A stretch of 63,812 bases of DNA, filler included, from Octopus bimaculoides (Eukaryota), in NCBI RefSeq assembly GCF_001194135.2. It is 8 parts of 7 records of this genome, joined end to end, with 100 filler letters (N's around TTAATTAATTAA, not from the genome) between each part and the next. Parts side by side here need not be neighbours in the genome. Positions count along the whole stretch, not along the records: positions 20,815 to 32,535 come from NC_068983.1; positions 32,636 to 38,579 come from NC_068995.1; positions 38,680 to 41,721 come from NC_068985.1; 5 more parts are not named here. One strand, 5' to 3'. Each line of letters begins with the position of its first letter. Position 1 is the first letter of the stretch. The notes below the pieces were generated by a model. The model ran no database searches. It was given only the letters and a program-made list of their open reading frames with translations, and had not been told where the DNA came from. The position numbers were made by a program, and so were the translations under genes. This document shows, in pieces, positions 27,892 through 39,685 of the stretch.

Positions 27892-29599
27892 TGAATAAAT
27901 ATATAGATATGTATATATGTATAAGGTACATATAATATACTTTACAAAATATATACCTGATACATATAATATGTAGTGCATACATTTGTATGTGTAATTC
28001 TATGTGTGTGTGTATACATATATATGTAATATATATAATCTAGAGGATTTATATAATTTGAAGAGCATATATGAGTTGTGAACAATATGTATAAAATTTA
28101 TATTGTAAGTAGATAATAGAGGAAATGAGAGGTAAGGAAGAGACAGAGAGGGAGAGAGACCTAGCTACAGAAATTCTGTATACATACACACATATGTATG
28201 TGTGTGTATGTACTTAAGTAGACATATATGTATATATAAGTATGTATGTATNNNNNNNNNNNNNNNNNNNNNNNNNNNNNNNNNNNNNNNNNNNNNNNNN
28301 NNNNNNNNNNNNNNNNNNNNNNNNNNNNNNNNNNNNNNNNNNNNNNNNNNNCAGTCTGGCTTTATTATTACTAATAATATGTGTTTCGAAGAGACAGCCC
28401 GTAGCACAAGAGAAAAAGGATAACAGTTCACTGGAGAGAACTCAACATAACAAACTCGGACATGGGTGCTTGATAGACAACATAAAAGTTAAGCTCCTAT
28501 CTTGGAACAGACCCAACACTTAGATATATTACGGCAGGTAAATTCATAATAGGAAGTACACTGAACCTCAACAGATATCACGAATGCACTAATAACACCC
28601 TCACGCTGCAACGTAAAGCCTGAACACAGAATAGAGCACAGGAAAATAAAGAGGGAGGCATAGATACAATCAGTGCAATATACACACAAAACACCCCACA
28701 GAGACAAACGCATGCGGAAGTACCACAGAGAGATAATATGGAGTAAACAGGAAAAGGTCAGAAAGAAGCGGACACACAGATAAGAACAAGTAGTCATTGA
28801 GGTCACAGAATGTGAGAAAGAACTCTATCCAATAAACAATAACAATAGCAATAAAGCTAAAGTGATGATCAAATAAAGTGTGCGTGTGTTTATTGGCAAA
28901 ATGGCCGTCCCCAAATATAACAACATATACATCTGTTNNNNNNNNNNAAATATAGAACTGTAATATACATCTGTGTTTGTGTGTATACGTTTGCACATTT
29001 GCATGTATGTACGCATACGTGAATGTATACATGCAGCTGTGTATCTCATGCTATCAATTAATATATCTATTTATATCAACAATTTTATTTCATCATGTAT
29101 GTTTTCTTTTTTTTTTACTATTTCAAGTCAGTTTCTATTTCTATATTTTATCAGTCAAATTATGAATTTATCTATTAGCACTTTCTCATCTGAATTTTTA
29201 ATTATCTATTGGTTTATGAACCAACCAATCTATTAGCTTATCTCCTTATCTAACATGCTGTCTGTTGATCGACCTTTTTGTCTGTCTGTCACTATATCTA
29301 CCTATCTATTTATCTATCTATCTACCTATCTACCTATCTATCTGTAAGTCATGTGATAACTGTGATGTTGTAAGCGTGGTTGTTCTTTGGTGCTTCTCTA
29401 ATACTGTTATCAATTAACCCAGCTGTCAACAGTGGGTTCACAACTGGGGTCACATGCCATAACAACGTTAAGCTTTCTATGTGACGTTCCTCCTTCTAGG
29501 AATTGTCGTTCAATCTATTTCAAAGTTCATCAAAAGTAGGTAAAAATCATTCTATGACAAAAGAACAAGAAAGAATAGAAAAATTCAGTTTCAAATACC

Positions 29600-29665
29600 A
29601 CCAACTCAAAGCGTTTTTCCAGCATGGCTGCAGTCCAACGACTGAAGCAAGGAAAGCAGAGAAAG
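29600..29665 (+). mobile_element. SINE family B 3' end fragment
   Basis: ccagcatggctgcagtccaacgactgaagcaagg matches the terminal motif. Confidence 0.6.
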
Positions 29666-29682
29666 CAGTTCAATATCTATTA

Positions 29683-30502
29683 CAGTGGTTCCCAACCTTT
29701 TATTTAAATGAGTCTTCCCACGGAGGATCCCTTTTAATATGCTAATCCTTTTTCATTCTTCGTTCATTCCACTCTTCGCTCTTTCGTTCCCCGTCTCTCA
29801 CATTTCCTGGTCTTCCCGTCATGCTCACTTTCCCTCCTCTTTCACTTCACTGTGTCTCATTTTTTTCTCGCTCCTCCTTAATTCTTCTATTCCTCTGCCT
29901 TTACCTCTTTCTCTTCTCTCCCCACGTGACCGGTGTTCGGCCAGACCTGACCTTTCTTTCTTGGTTTGACTACCAGCCGTGGAACATCTATATTCCTCCC
30001 TGTGCCTATTAAATCTTATGTCCCTGCCATAAGGCTTTACTTCCACACACGCCAGCTTAATTTAATTCGTCCTTAGTCGAAAGACACCTGTTGTTATGTC
30101 TTGTTAATTGCATTTGTATTTGTGTAACAATTCTCTGTTTTTTACCGTTCTTGTTTTCGTATCCATTCACTGCCCCCTTCCAAGGAATCTAATGCTCTTA
30201 GCTTAGTTTTTCTTTGGGGCTGGTCAGATTGGAGCAATCTCGAGTATAACCGGCCGAAATTGCAAAGATAATCTGGAACTCGACTGAGGATAGAAAACTC
30301 CGAATGACCCGTCCTTGTTTTCTTTGTATCGTCTATCTGGATATTTTGTTGTCCCTTTTCTGTATCACCTAACTGTCTGGATGTTTTGCGTTCTTTTCCC
30401 ATTTTTGTATATATATGTATATTTATATGTATATATGAAATTTTGAATTTAGTTCACGGGCCCCCAGTACTACCTTTGCAGACCACAGGTTGAGAACCAC
30501 TG
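29683..30502. mobile_element. Non-autonomous hAT (Charlie-like) MITE with internal cargo
   Basis: 15-bp TIRs CAGTGGTTCCCAACC / GGTTGAGAACCACTG (1 mismatch); 8-bp TSD ATCTATTA (29675-82) / ATCTATAA (30503-10). Confidence 0.85.
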
Positions 30503-30809
30503 ATCTATAACATAACTTCGGCCTGAATAAAACGACTAGCATAACCAAAACTTTCAAGACAATCAATGGAATCGCTATGCAGTTGCTCGATCCGTGAGAA
30601 GTAGCCAACAAACCTCCTTCAAATCACATCCTACTATCCGTCTCAGAAACATCTACCACAACATATCCGTGTGCGATTTCATATCCATATTGGTGCAGAG
30701 CCACAAATATACAATTATATTTAAAACAAGAAAGTGTGAAATCTCATGTATCATGAATAAAGAAGCTAGTATTCAATTTGTAATATTCTTTTACACTTTC
30801 ACCCAGAGC

Positions 30810-31095
30810 TCAGTTACTGGGTTGCAGCTATGCTAGGGTACCACTTTTAAGGTGCTCACTCAGTCATCGACCAAGTGCCTTTTAAAGTTGGTACCTATTT
30901 TATCGCGGTCTATTTATCGAACCGTTCGATTATAGGAAATAAACGCAAGCACATACGCACGCGCGTACACACAGAAACACACACGCGCACACACACACAA
31001 GGACACATGCCACGGTTTTCTATACAGTTTCCGATAATGAAATTTCATTGACAGGTTATATGCTATGCCCAGGATTTCGACAGATAGCTTCCGCA
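30810..31095 (-). mobile_element. SINE family B, highly degenerate copy
   Basis: gttgcagctatgctagggtaccac..tatcgcggtcta..tcgaaccgtt, CA spacer, acggttttctatacagtttcc: same order as other minus-strand copies. Confidence 0.45.
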
Positions 31096-31925
31096 GTTTA
31101 AGTTATTGGTAGTGATCCTGNNNNNNNNNNNNNNNNNNNNNNNNNNNNNNNNNNNNNNNNNNNNNNNNNNNNNNNNNNNNNNNNNNNNNNNNNNNNNNNN
31201 NNNNNNNNNNNNNNNNNNNNNNNNNNNNNNNNNNNNNNNNNNNNNNNNNNNNNNNNNNNNNNNNNNNNNNNNNNNNNNNNNNNNNNNNNNNNNNNNNNNN
31301 NNNNNNNNNNNNNNNNNNNNNNNNNNNNNNNNNNNNNNNNNNNNNNNNNNNNNNNNNNNNNNNNNNNNNNNNNNNNNNNNNNNNNNNNNNNNNNNNNNNN
31401 NNNNNNNNNNNNNNNNNNNNNNNNNNNNNNNNNNNNNNNNNNNNNNNNNNNNNNNNNNNNNNNNNNNNNNNNNNNNNNNNNNNNNNNNNNNNNNNNNNNN
31501 NNNNNNNNNNNNNNNNNNNNNNNNNNNNNNNNNNNNNNNNNNNNNNNNNNNNNNNNNNNNNNNNNNNNNNNNNNNNNNNNNNNNNNNNNNNNNNNNNNNN
31601 NNNNNNNNNNNNNNNNNNNNNNNNNNNNNNNNNNNNNNNNNNNNNNNNNNNNNNNNNNNNNNNNNNNNNNNNNNNNNNNNNNNNNNNNNNNNNNNNNNNN
31701 NNNNNNNNNNNNNNNNNNNNNNNNNNNNNNNNNNNNNNNNNNNNNNNNNNNNNNNNNNNNNNNNNNNNNNNNNNNNNNNNNNNNNNNNNNNNNNNNNNNN
31801 NNNNNNNNNNNNNNNNNNNNNNNNNNNNNNNNNNNNNNNNNNNNNNNNNNNNNNNNNNNNNNNNNNNNNNNNNNNNNNNNNNNNNNNNNNNNNNNNNNNN
31901 NNNNNNNNNNNNNNNNNNNNNNNNN

Positions 31926-32006
31926 AACGATAGAAAGACAGAAAGTAAAAACGAAACAAACAAACAAACAAAAAACAAAGAAAGAAACAAAGACAGAAAC
32001 AAAGAC

Positions 32007-32049
<43 letters not shown>

Positions 32050-32340
32050 GACAAAGGAACAAAGAAACAAAGAAACAAAGAAACAAAGAAAGAAAGAAAC
32101 AAACAAACAAACAAACAAACAAACAAAGAAAGAAACAAAGAAACAAAGAAACAAAGAAACAAACAAAGAAATAAAGAAACAAAGAAACAAACAAAGAAAC
32201 AAAGAAACAAAGAAACAAAGAAAGAAATAAAGAAAGAAAGAAAGACAGAAACAGAGAAAGAAGGAAAGAAACAACGATAGAAAGACATAAAGAAAAAACG
32301 AAACAAACAAACAACCAAAAAACAAAGAAAGACAAAAAGT
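31926..32340 (+). repeat. A-rich compound satellite (AAAG/AAAC, aaagaaac 8-mers)
   Basis: Visible tandem units next to an 800-N gap. Confidence 0.9.
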
Positions 32341-33022
32341 TAAAACTATCTAGATGAAACTGGCTAACCTTGTTGGTCTTTCGGAATCATGTCCCGTGTA
32401 ATCAATGCTGAAAGGTGACTCTAAATACAGAATGGTCAATAATATTTATGTTTCCATATACACAGAGGGGTTGAAGAGTCGATGGTCTGGGTGGAATGGT
32501 GGGAGGGGGGGTCGAAGGAGGAGGTGTGGGTCGGGNNNNNNNNNNNNNNNNNNNNNNNNNNNNNNNNNNNNNNNNNNNNTTAATTAATTAANNNNNNNNN
32601 NNNNNNNNNNNNNNNNNNNNNNNNNNNNNNNNNNNATCAAGGAATTTGATGAGTGTGGTGGCGGCGATAGTGGGGGAAGAGGCGGAGGAGGGAACGCGGT
32701 TTTAGTGGGGTGAGGAGAGAGACTTATGGCTGTGTGAGTGTAACCGTGGGTGGTAGTTAATGGTAGTGAGTACAGGTGGTAGGAGGAGGTGTTTTGGTAG
32801 GGGTCAGGGAATGAGGAGAGAATTGAAAGTAAAATGGGTGTGGTGGTGATGTTGGTGTTGGAAGCGGCGGTGGCGGGGGCGTTGGCAGCAGTGGTGGCGG
32901 CGGCGGTGAGGTGCAGTGATGACTGCATGATGGTAGTGGACTGACCTGGAACACTGTAAATATGTAGTGTAAGGTGATTAAATAGTGGTACTTGGAGGGG
33001 TAGTGATAGTGGGAGAAGGGGG

Positions 33023-33186
33023 GTCATGTGCTGTTTATCTTGACATGAGATCACCATGTCACACACATATGGTTGTGATGCATGTGCCTGGTGTACCCTT
33101 ATCAGACGGGTAGTCATGATGGGTATACTGGGCTTCGTATATTTTACCCCAGTGTCACTTTGATGGCACGCACTGCTCTCTCACTC

Positions 33187-33273
<87 letters not shown>

Positions 33274-33305
33274 AAGAAGAAGAAGAAGAAGAAGAAGAAG
33301 AAGAT
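33023..33305 (+). repeat. Probable retroposon 3' end with (AAT)n tail, followed by (AAG)n
   Basis: About 160 bp of non-simple sequence ending ctctctcactc then (AAT)~19 and (AAG)~20. Single copy in the window, so family identity is not demonstrable here. Confidence 0.4.
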
Positions 33306-33344
33306 TGATGAATAATAATAAAATTGATAATAAAATTGATAATA

Positions 33345-35375
33345 AAATTGATAATGAAACAACATCAATAATAATTATCATGAACCTGGTTGTTACAGAA
33401 TTAATAACCACAAATGTCAATATGCCCAGGCTAAATGATATGATATATGCAGCAGTCTCTATGGCAACAAAAGAAGCTGGATACCCCACAAAACCCATCC
33501 AAACAGGAACATCACCACTCAAAAAAACCTTGTGGATAAATGATATCCAGAAAAAAAAAAAAAATAAGAGAAAGGATCTGTGAATTCTTAATGAAACCAG
33601 TAGACAATCAAGACTACTAGGTAGCAAGAAGAGAAGAAAAATGCTACATCAATACAGAATTACAGAACAAAATATACTTGAGGTAAAAGAATAGCTAAAA
33701 CAGGATATTCTCGCCAAAGCACAGAGAATCCGCCAGTATGAGAAATGCTAACGTTTCTTTGAACAAAACAAACAGTTCAACTCCAACTTCAAAAGATTCT
33801 ACCAAAGTTTTGGCAAAAATAAAATAGAGATTAATGCAGCAGCAACGACAGAAGAAGTGGAAGAATTTTTGGTCGGCGAAGGAACAACCTCAGAAAAGGT
33901 CTCTCAAAACAAAGAAATCAGCACCTGAACAACTCTGGGCCCCTATAACAACTGAAAAGGTCACTCAAGCACTGCAAAAACTAAGCAACTAGAAAGTACC
34001 TGGGCACGACAAGATGCTCTACTTCTGCTTAAAATACCTAAGAGGAAATCATAAAAAGCTGGCTGAGAAATTTAATGAAATACTAGCAGAGCTAGAGACA
34101 ATGCCTGAATGGCTCATGGAAGGAAAAGCTGTCCTAATCCCTAAATCCACTGAAACAGCAAACCCACGAAATTACAGACCAATAACTTGTCTCTCTACAA
34201 TTTACAAAGCTTTTACTGCAATAATATCGCAAGGATGAGCAAACATCTGGAAGAAAACAACCTGTTTCCAGAAGAGCAGAAGGGAAGCTGCAATTGATTT
34301 ACCAAAGAAATAAACATGGAATTTGGCTTAGAAAAATGTGCCAAAGCAACCTTGAAAAGAGGAAAACTAGTTAAGAGCAGCAACATCACACTAGATAAAG
34401 CAGATGAAATAAGAGAATTAGACCGAAGCCAGACATACAAATATTTAGGAAAGAATGAACAAGATACGATACAAAACGCACAAATGAAAGAGAAAATAAG
34501 AAAGGAATACTATAGACGAGTTAGATTAATACTAATAACAGAGCTCAATGCGAAAAACAAGATAGTGGGTATCAACACTTTAGCGGTCCCAGTTATAAGT
34601 TACAGCTACAATATTCTTAACTGAACTCTAAATGAACTAATCAAAATACACAGGAAAACAAGAAAAATAATGACAGGATTTAGGATGCACCACCCAAAAT
34701 CTGACATAGAAATATTATATATACAACGTATTGAAGTTGGTAGAAGCCTTATACAGCTAGAAAATTACTACAAAATAACCACCATAGGACTACAGAAATA
34801 CGTACTTCAGAAGCAAGGAAAACTAATACAAATAGCCACAAAAAGACAAACAAAACAAAAAACTGTTTTCTGCCTTTAAGGAAGCTGACAAATACAAACA
34901 AGAAGTCATAGTACCTATCAACTATGAAGAAAGAGAAGAAACAACTAAAACTGTAAAACAACTGAAATCCAAACTAAAACTAGAACAGTAACGAATCATT
35001 ATAAAATGATGGCAAGAAAAGCCCCTTCATGGCAAATACTGGATTAAACTAAACAGAAAAGAAATAGACAAAGCAAAATCCCAGCAATGGCTGAGAAGCT
35101 CAGGACTCAAAGCAGAGACTGAAGGATTTTTAATTGCAGTACAAGATCAAAGCCTTCCCACCAAAAATGACCAAATATAATGAAAAGAAACATAACGAAT
35201 AACTGCAGAATATGTGGAGATGGTCAAGAAACAATAAATCATATTGTCTCTGGCTGCCTAGTCTTGGCTAAGAAGGAATATATTCACAGACACGACAGAG
35301 ATGGGACCTACATACACTGAAAGCTATGCCAACACTGTGGAATAACAAAAGAAAAAAGGTGGTATAGGCACACGG
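33345..35375 (+). mobile_element. Fossil R4/Dong-like (RLE-type) non-LTR retrotransposon, internally deleted and 3' truncated
   Basis: LNDMIYAA; PEWLMEGKAVLIPK..NPRNYRPITCLSTIYKAFT; PEEQKG; MEFGLEKCAKATLKRGK..YKYLG..KIRKEYYRRVR..ELNAKNK..INTLAVPVISYS; SQQWLRSSGLKAETEGFLIAVQDQ; CCHC knuckle CRICGDGQETINHIVSGC..YIHRHD. Confidence 0.85.
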
Positions 35376-36444
35376 AAAACTAGAAGGTAAAGAGGAGAAA
35401 AAAAAACACAAAAATCATGTATTAGTAGAATCGGTCGAGCAACGGACGAAATGCATTGCGCCAGAAACGTCTGTAACCGTTCGAATTTTAATGGGGTCGG
35501 CTTTGATTTTCCTGCTTGAGCCCGTGAGTGGGTTAGCGCATTGTCACTAAACATGCATGAAATACCAACCATATTTTATCTTTAACCACACCTGCTGTCT
35601 TCACATACGCATACAGACAGATTATACACACACGCGCGCGCGCCCGCATATATATNNNNNNNNNNNNNNNNNNNNNNNNNNNNNNNNNNNNNNNNNNNNN
35701 NNNNNNNNNNNNNNNNNNNNNNNNNNNNNNNNNNNNNNNNNNNNNNNNNNNNNNNNTATATATATATGTATGTATGTATATGTGTGTATGCACACACACA
35801 ATGTTTACTAACACATACACACACACACTCATACAAACGTATACTAACACACATACGCACACGCACACAGGCATCCATTTAACTCAATAAGATCCATTTT
35901 GTCTTAGGGATCCTACTTGCAAGACAGGCAGAAACACAAAAATAGGGGCAGCAATAATAATTATTTCTACTAAAGGCAAAAGGCCTGAAATTTATAAATA
36001 ATAATAATAATAATAATAATAATGATGATGATGATGGTGGTGGTAATTTCCTTAATATGAAAGGTCGAGATAAAACACGAAAACGGGTGGAGTTTACACC
36101 GATCAAAGTGTGATATTACGATATTAGAGGATATAACAAAGGATATAGAAACAGGAGTTAGAGAAATAAATAAATAAATAAATAGAATCCGCAATAGCAA
36201 GGAATTCCATTTAGGGTAATTCGGGTAGGACGCCACGCAAGAGAACGGGATTACTCTGCCATCCCTAAAGCCTGGGAAGTGTCAAGTGGTGATTTCTTTC
36301 CTCTGCCACAGGGGAGACTGATACGGGAGGATCTTCGAACGACAGGGGTATATAATCTCAGGATTTACATTCAATGAAATGATATGCATAAACAAAAAAA
36401 AAAAAAAGAAGAAAAAAAGAAAGAAAAATATGCATGGTACAAAA

Positions 36445-36516
36445 CAGTTGTTACCACCCTGGCGGTCCGCAAGGGTTGTACTGGGTGAGGTGTCTGTGAA
36501 CTAAATTAATAATTTC

Positions 36517-36547
<31 letters not shown>

Positions 36548-36851
36548 AAGTTGGTGCATAATTATTGCAGCTTTTTTTCAATAAATTTTATTCAACAAAA
36601 AATTTAAGCAAAACGTCAAGCAGTAATTGAAGTAAATGGTGAATATGTTCCGGAATAATCATTTAAAGATAATTTTGTTACATGTTGATATTGTTTTTGT
36701 TGAATAAAATTTATTGAAAAAAAAAAAAAGCCGCAATAATTATGCACCAACTTTAATATACACGCACACATCAGGATAAGCATATTAAAAGAGGTCGGTG
36801 GGGAAAAGTCATTAAAATAGAATGGTTGAGAAGCACCGTTGAGAAGCACTG
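36445..36851. mobile_element. Second hAT MITE copy (same family as 29683-30502, opposite orientation)
   Basis: 36445-36525 aligns to the reverse complement of 30430-30502 (cagt.gtt.c..cctg..ggtc.gcaa.ggt.gtactggg..gtgaactaaatt..aatttcatata); right end gttgagaagcactg (duplicated). TSD degenerate. Confidence 0.7.
36546..36756 (+). mobile_element. Mariner-derived MITE nested in the hAT MITE
   Basis: About 55-bp TIRs starting TTAAGTTGGTGCATAATTATTGC (Hsmar1/MADE1-like), TA TSDs, internal remnant KRQAVIEVNGEYVPE* of a mariner transposase C-terminus. Confidence 0.9.
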
Positions 36852-37112
36852 GTGTATAATAAAACACAGGAAGAAAATATACATGGTATGCATAAGTGAC
36901 GAAAACAGAAAAGGAAGGGAAATGAAGTTGGTTTGGTCTTCCTTGATATAGGAGAACCTCTAAGGCTAATCATGGGCTTTTAGTAGCCACAGAGACATAG
37001 ATGAGGGGACATCACAGTGATAATAGCAACAGAAATGACTGTAATAATAACATTCCGGAGGATCGTTACTGAAAATCCCGTGGTTGTAGTCCTGTTGAAT
37101 GAGCTCTAAATA

Positions 37113-37247
37113 ATCTTTTCTATTCTAGACACAAAGCCCAAAATTTCGGAGGAGGGTGCCACTCGATTAGATCGACCCCAGTACGCAACTGGTGCTTAAT
37201 TTATCGACCTCGAAAGGATAAAAGGCAAAGTCGACCTCGGCCGAATT
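37113..37247 (-). mobile_element. SINE family A, 5'-truncated
   Basis: Reverse complement contains ccgaggtcgactttgccttt..atcctttcgaggtcgataaattaagcaccagttgcgtactggggtcgatctaatcga. Confidence 0.85.
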
Positions 37248-37372
37248 AGTAGGACCAATTAATAGCTTCTCTGATGTCGATGAGGGCCGATAAAATGAAC
37301 AACAGTTAATCATTGTCGAAGTAATGTGATATAATATCTCTGTTCATTAGAAACCACAACAGCTGTAATGTT

Positions 37373-37468
37373 AATCCTTTCTACTGGAATTTGCGGGAAG
37401 GGGTACGTCTACCCCAGTACTCAACTAGAATTTATTTTATCGATCCTGAAAAGATGAAAGGCAAAGTC

Positions 37469-37470
<2 letters not shown>
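37373..37470 (-). mobile_element. SINE family A fragment
   Basis: Core ttgactttgcctttcatc..tcgataaaataa..gtactgggg, abutting (AAT)n. Confidence 0.7.
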
Positions 37471-37497
<27 letters not shown>

Positions 37498-37501
<4 letters not shown>

Positions 37502-37765
37502 CCTTTCTAGTATAGGTAGAAGGCCTGAAATTTGTGGGGAATGGAAGCGGTCGATTAGATCAACCGGAGCACGTAACTGGTACTTAATTTATCGACCGCG
37601 AAATGTTGAGTGGACCTCGGCCGTATTTGAACTCAGAACGTAGTGACGGGCGAAATACCAATTTCTTTATTGCCCACAGGGGGCCAAACATAGAATGATA
37701 CAAAACAACTGATTGGGATCAGTAATGCGAGTGCTAACGATTCGGCCAACAGACGGTCTTAATAA
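37498..37765 (-). mobile_element. SINE family A dimeric/composite copy
   Basis: Minus strand: head ggccgaatcgttagcac, then tail motif tctatgtttggccccctgtgggcaataaagaaat, then second monomer ggtatttcg..ttctgagttcaaat..core..gaaaggattattat. Confidence 0.7.
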
Positions 37766-38403
37766 ATGATAAGGATTATGAAGATATTGATGACAGAAAA
37801 AAGGCTTTGTTTTTTTTTATATCTTACCTGCTATATATAATCCTGGGGAATCTAGATGTTTATATATGTATGTGTGTATATATATGCATATATATATATA
37901 TATTATATATATATGTATATATACATATATCTAAGATGTAACAAGAAGGAACTCCAAACACGCACTGGTAGCGAATTAAGATCTCTATGTGTGTATGTGT
38001 ATATGTATGTGTATGTGTATATGGACTGGGTTTCTATGTGTGTGTATACAGCCTGAAGCTAGTCGAGTGTTATCAGTTGTCAGTTAAGTGTGGATATGCG
38101 CGAGCGAGTGTGTGTGTGTGTATATGTATGTATATGTCACACTGTGCTTGTGTGTGTGTGCGCGCATATGTGTATACAGACATGCATATATATAAATATA
38201 TAATATATATATGTATATATATATGTGTACGTGTATGTGTGTGTATGTATTTACATAGGTGTCCGCGTATGTGTGCAGGATAGCTATCTGTCAATGCTGT
38301 GACTATATGTATGTGCATGTGTTATGTTTATAAGTGCGTTATATGTGTGTGTGAGGGTGTATGTGTTTGTGATGTGTGTGTATATATTGTGCGTGCGTTG
38401 CGG

Positions 38404-38442
<39 letters not shown>

Positions 38443-38832
38443 GCACATGTACCACTTCCTCCCTTCTCATTGGTCTAATTTTCGTCAACAGGTTTACCAG
38501 CCTGAGAAAAACACTTCATTACTTTAGTTTACTACTTTCAAGTAGTAGTAGCAGTGAAAGTGGTGGTGGTGGTGGTGGTNNNNNNNNNNNNNNNNNNNNN
38601 NNNNNNNNNNNNNNNNNNNNNNNTTAATTAATTAANNNNNNNNNNNNNNNNNNNNNNNNNNNNNNNNNNNNNNNNNNNNTATATATATATATATATATAT
38701 ATGCAGAAAGAGTGAGAGAGTGAGATACATACATACATATGTAAGCACACACACACACATACACACACACACACATCGATATATGTGTGTATATGTATAT
38801 ATATATATTTGTGTGTGTGTGTGTGTGTGCGG

Positions 38833-39685
38833 TTGTCCCCACTCTTTCGCTTGACAACCGATACTGGTGTGTTTACGTTAATGAAGACGGATTATCTCCC
38901 CTGAATCAGAGCGAAAAAACCGAAGAGGCCTAATAAGCAAACGCGGAGATCCAATTTTCCAGTAAGTAGCGCTTGAAGTGGGTACATTTAGAAAACACTT
39001 CTTTATGCCTGTTTAATGCGCCAGGTTTCTTATAGTCCTTAAGAATTTTGGCTCTCTCCTCGATGCAGATCTTGCAACGGTCACTTCCATTCGGGTCCGG
39101 ATGATCAATTAATTTCCACCTGATATCACTCGGGATCACTTGATTTTTGAGGTGCCATACATGGCAGGCTAGGGACGTGTCAAACCATCTCTCTGGGACT
39201 CTGAATGATGACTGGTAGTTAAGAAAACGTCGCTTGAACGAAGTACTCGCAGAATCAATATATTTACACCCATGGGATTTGACCCTACTTGCACTCCTGG
39301 TAACATATGGTGCGGAGGCTGGTCATCTCATCGGTGTCGAAGACAAATATTTGGTCATCTTCTGAGGTGGCGGAACTGGAAACGGCGGATACCTCCTCCA
39401 AGTCGCTGGTCCTAGATGGGTCATTATTTCTAGGTGCAGCGTTTGTACTGGTGGTGACATACATTGCGGGCCTGGTCACTCTATCTGATTTGTTCATTAT
39501 CTGTGGCGGTGGTACATGAGTCTTTGATGACGCTCTCTGTGATGCTGGTCCCTGACTGGTTATTATCTCTGGGCGTGGCAATTGTATTGGCGTCAGAACT
39601 GGTTACTCTGCTAATAATAATAAATAATGTTGGTTTGTTTTTGCCCATGTAACTTAGCGGCTCGGCAAAAGAGAATGAGTACATT
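38833..39685 (+). mobile_element. SINE family B tail split by the PLE insertion
   Basis: cgcttgacaaccgatactggtgtgtttacg | insertion | atgttggtttgttt..gtaacttagcggctcggcaaaagag. Confidence 0.75.
38879..39626 (-). mobile_element. Penelope-like GIY-YIG fragment inserted into a SINE-B tail
   Basis: With frameshifts: TICYQ..KYIDSASTSFKRRFLNYQSSF..TSL/SCHVWHLK..DIRWKLI..RCKICIEE..LNRHKEVFSKCTHFKRYLL*. SINE-B tail begins at 38833-38878 and resumes at 39627-39685. Confidence 0.75.

Noticed and set aside
28380-28810. Possible LINE APE endonuclease start (VKLLSWN..LDIL)
   Set aside because: Too short and degenerate to support without an alignment.
35440-35475. Hammerhead-like CGGACGA..GAAACGUC
   Set aside because: Core mismatch, no stem II adjoining GAAA, no stem I.
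36240-36350. PVVRRSSRISLP on the minus strand, gypsy integrase-tail-like
   Set aside because: A single short motif with no LTR, PPT or other pol pieces.
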